NCBI RefSeq assembly: GCF_006345805.1
Contig: NW_021834771.1
Location: 1-28,050, forward strand
Length of the DNA stretch: 28,050 bases
DNA from: Octopus sinensis
Taxonomy: Eukaryota
Direction of reading: 5' to 3'
Positions 19,181 through 28,050 of this stretch are shown here, in pieces. Within the stretch, counting starts at the first letter, position 1. Each line of letters begins with the position of its first letter. Below the pieces are notes generated by a model. That model was not told the DNA's origin, did no database searches, and saw only the letters and a list, made by a program, of their open reading frames with translations. A program made the translations under genes and the position numbers.

Positions 19181-20283
19181 TTACAGCTCCAGGACAAGAA
19201 ATTACAATCTTACGATGAGTGCAGCCCACTAGGCCACGTGCCTCCACATGTACTTACATATATATCTAACTACACTTTCATACAAACCTATACACATGTA
19301 TATATGTGTTCGGGACGCATAAAGTTCTTCCTTGGGATTGAACTTCCAACGTCATCATGCAATGTTCTGTTAGAGAAGATAGCACAGTAGCGCTAAACGT
19401 GTAGCATTACAATATGGCTGTGTACACGTGTGTGTGTGTGTGTGTCTGTGTACGTATGTACCCGCGTGTGTATCTGCCCATAAATGTGCATACGTGTTTG
19501 TGTGACCACATGTGTTCATATATCCGTCTATAAGTGCGTGTCTTTATGCCAGAGATTGAGATGGTATTTGTATGAATGTGTTTATTTATAAGTATTTGTA
19601 TTAAAGTGTAACTTCGTATGTATATTTGTATATGCGAATCTTTCTATGTCTGCTTATATATGCGTTATATACATTATATGCACGCGTATTTCCACGCTTG
19701 CCTTTATTTGTATATGTGTACGTGCATGTGTATAAGAGGTATGCATAAGTCTACTTTGTTTCTCTGTGTATATCTATACCTGTGTATGTATATCGTTACG
19801 TATGTCTCTATATGTATATCTCTTCTGTCTGAGTTGTCTGTGTGTATATCTATCTCTATATGTGTAAATGTGTAACTGTGAATTAGATCTTGTTTCCTGG
19901 AGAGAAAACCAACTAAAAAACAAAAATCTAGGCAAAAACACAGAAAAAAAAATTCATCAGAAAATATTTTTAATTTGTTTACTCAACAGAAACCAGTAAA
20001 ATGTTGCAAACAATCTTTTCAAGAAATAATGAGGAATTTACCAAAAATATACTTCAATTTCTTTCTATATTGTTTCATTAGATTATTTATTTATTTATTT
20101 TTGGTTTGTTTTAGATATTTATATATGTTCAATATATATATTTATTTATTTATTGTATATTTATTTTTATTTTTAGATATTTGATATATATAAAGACCAA
20201 TTCCTTTGAAATATTTACCGACCAAATTATAATTTCATTTCAAATGTGAATTTAAATATGTGTTTTAGCAACAAATAAACTAA

Positions 20284-20363
<80 letters not shown>

Positions 20364-20493
20364 GTCTGTCTGCCTATACATACTTATATACATATGTATT
20401 ATGTTATTATGTATATGATATAATATATGTGTGTATGTTTGTCTGCGTGTGACTGTGCACATGTAATTAAATATATACATACATCTGTACCTG

Positions 20494-20565
<72 letters not shown>

Positions 20566-20734
20566 CATATATCTGCGTATGACCACAGACTTATACATAT
20601 GAGCGTACATACATACATAATCATGTATGCATGCTTATATGAGCATACGCATAACGGGGTGTTTCTATATAATTTCCAAACTTCACTTATCAAAGTCACG
20701 ATGTGGGTCTGTCCATGTGTGCGAACGTGTTTCT

Positions 20735-20792
<58 letters not shown>

Positions 20793-21000
20793 CAAACACA
20801 CACACACACACAAATATAAAGGTAACATAGATTAACTGCTTACATACCTACATACAGGGCCACCCACGCATACACTGCTATACATACATACATACATACA
20901 TACATAGATTCATACATACATACATACATACATACATACATACATACATACATACATAGATTCATACATACATACATACATACATACAATTACATATATA
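20284..21000. repeat. Cluster of (CTAT)n, (CA)n, (TA)n and (ACAT)n microsatellites
   Basis: Read directly (about 20284-20365, 20500-20560, 20738-20812, 20878-20990). Confidence 0.92.
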
Positions 21001-21294
21001 AACTTATACGGCAATTTGTGGTAAATCGGTTATATTTTCTTTATATGCCATATTTGGTGTCCACTCTTCCGGTTTGTTTCATTTGCATACACTTATATTC
21101 AAAGTGACGACTACATGTTAAGGTGTTATGCATATTTTAGTGATAAAATATTTCGCTCAGATGAACTAAGAAGGCGTTACCGAAGACCATGAATATCTGT
21201 CTGCGAAACTTTTCATCGATTGTACTTCATCTTGGTGTGGCCACTTATCCATTTATTTTCTGTCGGCTTTCTTTGTATTTGTGTTCCATTACAG

Positions 21295-21672
21295 TTACTC
21301 TTTTAATTGTTTCAGTCATTTGACTGCAACCATGCTGGAGCACCGCCTTTAGTCGAGCAAATCGACCCCCAGGACTTATTCTTTGTAAGCCTACTACTTA
21401 TTCTATCTATCCCTTTAGCCGAACCGCTAGGTTACGGGGACCTAAACACACCAGCATCGGTTGTCAAGCGATGTTGGGGGGACAAACACAGACACACAAA
21501 TATATATATGCATATATACGACGGGCTTCTTCCAGTTTCCGTCTGCTAAATCCACTCACAAGGCTTCGGTCGGCCCGAGGCTATAGTAAAAACGCTTGCC
21601 CTAGGTGCCACACAGTGGGCTGAACCCGGAACCATGTGGTTGGTAAGCTAGCTACTTACCACACAGCCACTC
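21295..21672 (-). mobile_element. SINE family B, full length
   Basis: Reverse complement is collinear with 10592-10991 from head (GAGTGGCTGTGTGGTAAGTAGC) to tail. Confidence 0.92.
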
Positions 21673-21894
21673 TTACATTACGTCTATTTATTTGTTTCTG
21701 ATAGAAATGGAATAAGCAGAGCAAGGGGAGGCACGAGGGATAAAGAGTCATTGAAGAGGTCACAGGATGTGTGATGAAAGGGCTTTGACAAAGAAACTAA
21801 ATCAACACGACTAAGCTGCCGTGAAGACCAAATGTATAGTGCGTGTGACCAGCCCCGAAATATAACAATATTACAGTTATTATTCCTTGATAAT

Positions 21895-22127
21895 AAGCAG
21901 CGAGCTGGCAGAAATGTTAGCTCGCCGGGCGAAATGCTTAGCGGTGTTTCGACTGCCGATACGTTCTGAGTTCAAATTCCGCCGAGGTCGACTTTGCCTT
22001 TCATCCTTTCGTAGTCGATAAATTAAGTACCAGTTACGCACTGCGGTTGATCTAATCGACTTAATCCCTATGTCTGTCCTTGTTTGTCCCCTCTAAATTT
22101 AGCCCCTTGTGGGCAATAAAGAAATAA
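21895..22127 (+). mobile_element. SINE family A (tail type i)
   Basis: AAGCAGCGAGCTGGCAGAA...GAGTTCAAATTCCGCCGAGGTCGAC...AGCCCCTTGTGGGCAATAAAGAAATAA. Confidence 0.92.
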
Positions 22128-22280
22128 GAATCGTTAGAGCGTCGGACAAAACGTTTCACAGCATTTCTTCTGATTTACGTTCTGAGTTCAAATGTTGCCG
22201 AGCTAGATTTTGCCTGTCATCCTCTCTGGGCCGAAAACAAATACCTATTGAGCACTGGGATTGATGTAATGGACTAACTT
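22128..22280 (+). mobile_element. Older degenerate SINE family A copy abutting the previous one
   Basis: GAATCGTTAGAGCGTCGG...TTCTGAGTTCAAAT...GAGCACTGGGATTGATGTAATGGACTAAC. Confidence 0.75.
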
Positions 22281-22873
22281 CACTCGCTGGTTACAGTAGC
22301 AGAAATTATTTCTCGTTGATTAGTAAAATAACCGCTTCAGCAAACAATAAGCTGGAGGAAATGAACTTGTTTAATATAATATCAGCTAACTGGTGCTTAT
22401 AGAAAATTTTTGGTTAAAATCTATTGGTACTGGATAAATATAAGATAAAAGTACGAAGTGTCATTTGTGCAACCTAGATTTAAGTGGCTATGAAACGTCG
22501 AGAAATCTGTTTGATTGACAAGAAAGTAAAAAGAAAATAAAGAAAAAGGAAAAGGAACATGATACCGCGCAGAGTGAAAATTTACAGGCGCTAATATGGA
22601 TGGACTAAACGGGTAGGACGTACTTTGGTGTAATGGTTTAGTAGGGTCGTCTCGATTACGCGTGAACAGTGGTTTTATTCAAATATGCGTCCCTGGGCAG
22701 ATTTATCCTGACCGGTTTTGCTTTCTGCTCTTAATATGTTAAATTCAATGTTATTTCATATAATATGCATACACACATGCAGTCATACATACATACACAC
22801 GTATATACTTGCATACATCCGTGTGTACTGATGTGTGTGTGTGTGTGCGGTTATATTATATATATATATATAT

Positions 22874-22921
<48 letters not shown>

Positions 22922-23299
22922 ATGTATATATACGGGTATGTATATATTTATTCATACGTATAGATATATATACATGTGTGTGTGTGTGTCTGTGTGTGAA
23001 CTTGTATGAACTTTGACGACGAGGACAGCGATAATAATGATGATAATAGAGAGTGATGTTGATGAAGACGACGACAGCAATGATGAAGCTGACGGTGGTG
23101 ATGATGTAAGCCATTTTGTTGATGATGGCGGTGATGATGATGATGATGATAATGTGGATTAGCTTGACGTTAGCGATCACTATGGCATCAACATTGTAGT
23201 AGTAGTAGTAGTAGTAGGACCAAAACGTGTAAACATCCGTTTGGATGTTTAGACGTGTAACCTCACTGTCCCCCGTTTGTGTATCGTCCTCTAAGATTT

Positions 23300-23722
23300 G
23301 TGTCCGACTCTAGTGATGTTATATCAAGATAAACAGTACATGACCTTGCAGGTGGGGCCCAGTTAGAATTGTCTTCTGGTCGAGTAACCCATCCCGCTGA
23401 ATAAGGGTTGTTTAAGGATGTTGAACGAAACACCCATGTTTCCAGAGGTGAATTATTCAAACCCCGAAGAATCCCTCTCAACACACGGCTTTGATGATTC
23501 CCTACTACTTCTGCTTGTGATCAGAGATGCACATATCGTCAGCCACTAAGGGACATGCTCAACTGGTTAAGGTCAAACAACTGACAAGCAAATCTGTGGT
23601 ATCGAGCAGAATATTTGTTGTAGCCCATCTTATATACCAAGACAAAACAACGTACATGATAACACTTCCAATCAGTTAAGATCAGAAGCCACGAGAGCCA
23701 CTGCCTGGTACTGCATCAGGGA
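23300..23722. mobile_element. Unclassified interspersed repeat (suspected)
   Basis: Complex block between trinucleotide tracts that I recall as a recurrent octopus repeat, possibly with another fragment at about 6750-6855. It has only one copy in this window, so this cannot be verified here. Confidence 0.3.
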
Positions 23723-24173
23723 ATTCATCATCATCATTATTATTATTATTATTATGATTATTATTATTATGACTATTATTATTATTATTAGTAGTAGTAG
23801 TAATGATACTAACAGCAGCGGCAACAGCAGCAACAGTTAGAAGATACCACTCCACTAGTAGTAAACTAAAAGAACAAAAAAAAAAAAAAATTAAGCACCG
23901 CTAATACTCACATCCATCATTCACCCCCAGCATCTCACCTAATTAACACGTGACAAAATAATCTACCTTGTCAATGGTTTATATAGTCTGGACAGGCGTC
24001 AGGCTAGCTAAGTTAATGGAGATTAATTCATATTCTGTATGGTTATGCATCAATATGGAGAGAGGGGGAAGGAAAAAAAAATAAAGATAAGCTGACGTCA
24101 AAATTGTAGGCAGGGGAAGGGCAGGGTAGGGAGGGAAGAGATGTTTTTTCAATGCTGGGGTTGAATATGTCCG

Positions 24174-24840
24174 TGTATGTATGTATGTATGTATGTATGT
24201 ATGTATGTATGTATGTATGTATGTTTGTATGTATGTATGTATGTATGTATGTTTGTATGTATGTATGTATGTATGTATGTTTGTATGTATGTATGTATGT
24301 ATGCATATATACATATGCATATGTAGGGATGTATATATATGTATGTATATATATATATATGCATATATATGTATATATATTAGTATAGACTTATGTATAT
24401 ATATATATATATATATGTATACAGTTGTAGATATGTATATGTATATATACATATACATATACATATACATATCTACAACTGTATACATATACATATCTAC
24501 AACTGTATACATATATATATATATATATACATAAGTCTATACTAATATATATACATATATATGCATATATATATATTCATACATATATATACACACATAT
24601 ATATATGCACATATATATATATACGCATATATATACATATATATATACACACACATATATATGTGCATATACATGAATATATACATCCCTACGTATGCAT
24701 ATGTATATATGCATACATACATACATACAAACATACATACATACATACATACATACATACATACATACAAACATACATACATACATACATACATACAAAC
24801 ATACATACATACATACATACAAACATACATACATACATAT
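24174..24840. repeat. Foldback (inverted duplication) of a microsatellite-rich segment
   Basis: Unique anchors are mirrored about position 24445: TAGGGATGTA (24324) / TACATCCCTA (24682); TTAGTATAGACTTATGTA (24380) / TACATAAGTCTATACTAA (24528); ACAGTTGTAGAT (24421) / ATCTACAACTGT (24471 and 24495). (GTAT)n is mirrored by (ATAC)n. Confidence 0.85.
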
Positions 24841-24877
24841 ATATACATATATGCATATATATGTGTATATATGTGTT

Positions 24878-24910
<33 letters not shown>

Positions 24911-25193
24911 GTGTATGTATGTATTTATATACTTGTGTATATATACATACATATGTGTGCTTATATGTATATATATGTGCACATATATATATATAGATAC
25001 ACACATATTCATGTGTATGTATGCATCTATGCATGCATGCAGGTATGCATATGTGTGTATGTTTGTACGTATGTATGTATGTTTGTGTATATATATATGC
25101 ATATATATACACATACATACACACACACCCACACACACACACCACACATATATATATATATATATCTATATATATATATATATATACTATATG

Positions 25194-25225
<32 letters not shown>

Positions 25226-25580
25226 CAGGCGTTTGTCGAAATGCTGGGAGGAAACTTTTTGTCTTAAAAGGGAGATTAATTCTTTGGCAAAGTCATTGGT
25301 TCACTGATTAGAGAGAGAGAGAGAGAGGGAGGAGAAAAAAATAAGAGAAAAATGGAAATAGACAGAGTGGTGTGTGTGTGATTGTGTGTGTGTGTTTGTG
25401 TGTGTTGGTGGATACTTTTGAGATTGAATTCCATCGCCAATGAAGAAGCCTTACAACTGGTATTCGAGACGCAAAGTTTCAGAAACCGTAGTCTGTTTTT
25501 TTTATATTTGTATATGTCTTTGTATTAAAATAACAGTTGTTGTTGCTTTGGGATTCAAATCAGTGTTCTTTGTCTCACGT

Positions 25581-25802
25581 CTTTTATCTTTTACTTGTTT
25601 CAGTCGTTAGACTACGGCCAAGCTGTAGCTCCATCCTGAAGGCTTTAGTCGGCCAAATCGACCCCATTACGTTTATTTTTAAAGACCGGTTTCTCTTCTA
25701 AAGTTTTCATTTCCCGAAACGCTATGTTACGGATACCTAACCACACCAACACTGGTTTTCAAGCAGTGATAGGGGACAAAACAGTGATAGGGGACAAAAC
25801 AC
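25581..25802 (-). mobile_element. SINE family B 3' fragment with an 18-bp tandem duplication
   Basis: CTTTTACTTGTTTCAGTCGTTAGACTACGGCCA...; CAGTGATAGGGGACAAAA at 25764 and 25782. Confidence 0.8.
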
Positions 25803-25849
25803 AATATATAGCAACACATATATATATATGAAAACAAAATCTTTTAAAG

Positions 25850-25997
25850 TTTGTCTTATTCTCTCTCTCTCTCTCTCTCTCATTCTCTCCTCCGCTCTCT
25901 CTTTCTCTCCCCATCTATCTATCTATCTATCTATCTAATCTATCTAATCTATCTATCGATCTATCTATCTAAATCTATTCATTATGCTATCTATCTA

Positions 25998-26080
<83 letters not shown>
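25850..26080. repeat. (CT)n and (CTAT)n microsatellite
   Basis: Read directly. Confidence 0.95.
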
Positions 26081-26083
<3 letters not shown>

Positions 26084-26479
26084 CTGCGTGGTTGAGTATA
26101 CTTCTCTTTATGCCTACGGAGATAGGAAAGTGTTCAATTAATTTCTCTGACTTCCCCTCCCCTTGTTGCTCTCATTACACATGTGTAACCCCCCACGCGC
26201 GCATGCAAGTACCTGTGTGTGTGCATGCGCGCATCCAAGTGTGTGTGCGTGCGTGAGTGTCTGCGTGTGTGTCTGTTTGTCGCCAGTGTTAAAAAGTATT
26301 GTCGCCAAATCATTGACAGTCCAATCAGCTGTTTTAAATCATCACCATCCAGAGTTTAAGCCGCGTTTAAACTCTTCATTTCGTGTTCTATAAGTAATTG
26401 ACATTTTGGAAGTGCGAGATACCATTTCTTCTAAAAGCAACCAGCCAAGTCTTGAGAGATGTGACACTTTATTTCTGTA

Positions 26480-27520
26480 GAGAATCTTCAATCTGATGAT
26501 GAGATAAGTCTACTGCTGCTAAAATAATTGAGGCGCGCAAAGAATGGCAGAAATAGCGAAGCAATATTGTCGAGCTCAATAAATAAAACTGATCGTATAC
26601 TGACACATACTGACATACGTCTCAAAGTGACATTGAGTGGAGGAAAATTAATCGGTATTGAAAAAACACTGCACTCGATGTACGAGACACGGAAATCAGA
26701 GAATTAGTCTACAATCGCCATACAAATATCTAGGGAGAATAGTACAGGTGAGTTGAAATGATATTAAACACTAAGCTCAATGATAAAAATAAGATAATAG
26801 GGATAAACACGCTAGATATAACAGTTATAAATTACAGCTTTAACATGATAAACTGGAAGATTATGAATTGAGAAACTTAGAGAGAGAAAAACTAGGACAC
26901 TATTTACATACCGAAGTCACCACCCAAAAGCAGTGCAGACACATACAGAATATACTTACCTTGCCCACAAGGAGGCCGCAGTGTGACAGATAGAAAACTA
27001 CTATAAAATAACAACAGTTGGACTAGAAAAGGATTTAAAAGCAAGTAAATGAATGCTACATGTAATAAGCAGCACGAAATAAAAAGTTGAAGTAAAAGAA
27101 AATTCTTTTCTCTATTAATGAGGAGGCGACAAAATACAAAACAGAAACCAGCTATTTAAAAAATGCTGATCGCAGATGACAACACAGCTGAAACGATCAA
27201 AGAGAAAGAACACATGGACAAAAAACTATAGAACATATTAAAGAAGAAATAGAGAGAAAAATCACTTCGTGGCCAAAACTCTGCAAAGCTAAACATAGGA
27301 GAAGTGAGCGCAAAGCAAAAGCCAGAAATGACTCAAAAGCTCTGGACTAAACGCAGAAACGGAACGGAAGGAGTGATTCTCATTGCACAAGATCAATGCC
27401 TGACAACAAAAAGCTATGAAGGAGGCAAAATAATGAAAACAAACCTAAACATCAACTGCAGAAAGTGCATCAAGTACAATCAGACAATGAACTGACCACA
27501 TCATCTCTGACTGTCCAAAT
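26480..27520 (+). pseudogene. Decayed non-LTR retrotransposon, R4/Dong clade: RT C-terminus to CCHC zinc knuckle
   Basis: Manual translation across frameshifts and stops gives PYKYLG (26718-26735), KLNDKNKIIGINTLDITVINYSFNMINWK (26773-26859), KTRTLFTYRSHHPKA, RIYLPCPQGGR, QIENYYKITTVGLEKDL, K*REKSLRGQ, TEGVILIAQDQCLTTKSY and CRKC...DHIISDCP. These motifs are characteristic of R4/Dong ORFs. Confidence 0.85.
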
Positions 27521-27548
27521 TGAATATATATATATGTATATATTATAT

Positions 27549-27580
<32 letters not shown>

Positions 27581-27655
27581 GATGTATGTATGATTTGTAT
27601 GTATGTATGTATGTATGTATATATACATTATTGTGTCTGTGGAAATTATATATTA

Positions 27656-27701
<46 letters not shown>

Positions 27702-27790
27702 GGAATATAATTCCAAACTTACAGGGAAAAATTCAATTTAGCAATTCTAAATCAAATTCCACAATATATGATATATGTATAAAATGTAGA

Positions 27791-28048
27791 GAAAAACCTG
27801 TGTTTAAACAATTCAATAGTGAAAGACGTTATTCACACCATATAGAAAAAATTAAATATACTATAAAAGAAACATTATTATAAAAATCAATAAAGTACAT
27901 AAACAATAAATACGCGCATAGTCTAGTTACTATTTATTGTTTATGTACTCTATTGGTTTTTAGAATATTGTTTCTATAGTATATTTAATTTTTTCTATAC
28001 TGTGTGAATAGCATCTTTCACTATTTAATTATTTCATAGAGGTTTTCC
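27791..28048. repeat. AT-rich imperfect inverted repeat (arms about 120 bp, 18-nt loop)
   Basis: GTACATAAACAATAAATA (ending 27912) / TATTTATTGTTTATGTAC (starting 27931); AATAGTGAAAGA (27815) / TCTTTCACTATT (ending 28025). It may run past the window end. Confidence 0.8.
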
Positions 28049-28050
28049 GT

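Noticed and set aside
25440-25485. Degenerate hammerhead (ATGAAGA...TTCGAGACGC)
   Set aside because: Two core mismatches, no NUH site and no stem I.
26493-26499. CTGATGA core
   Set aside because: No downstream GAAA or stems; it lies in the decayed RT catalytic-motif region of the LINE.

Overview
This window is AT-rich, microsatellite-dense eukaryotic non-coding DNA. The SINE families and repeat composition suggest an octopod cephalopod (Octopus-like); this is an inference. No host protein-coding gene is recognisable, and almost all ORFs in the track are translations of simple repeats. The window holds more than 20 tRNA-derived SINE copies in three modular families, two Tc1/mariner derivatives, a MITE with an 8-bp TSD carrying telomere-like repeats, a Helentron-type (HINE/DINE-1-like) element, and a decayed Dong/R4 LINE C-terminus. 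The main unexpected signal is a set of minimal type I hammerhead-ribozyme motifs with palindromic stem III: 11067-11109 (+), 18385-18422 (-, U4C core variant) and 18658-18744 (-, with a complementary damaged copy at 18997-19045 +). Two of them sit in inverted-repeat relics typical of Penelope-like retroelement (PLE) pLTRs. A GC-rich structured island with hammerhead-like fragments lies at 10304-10435. Catalytic activity cannot be shown from sequence alone. Coordinates of degenerate repeats are approximate.
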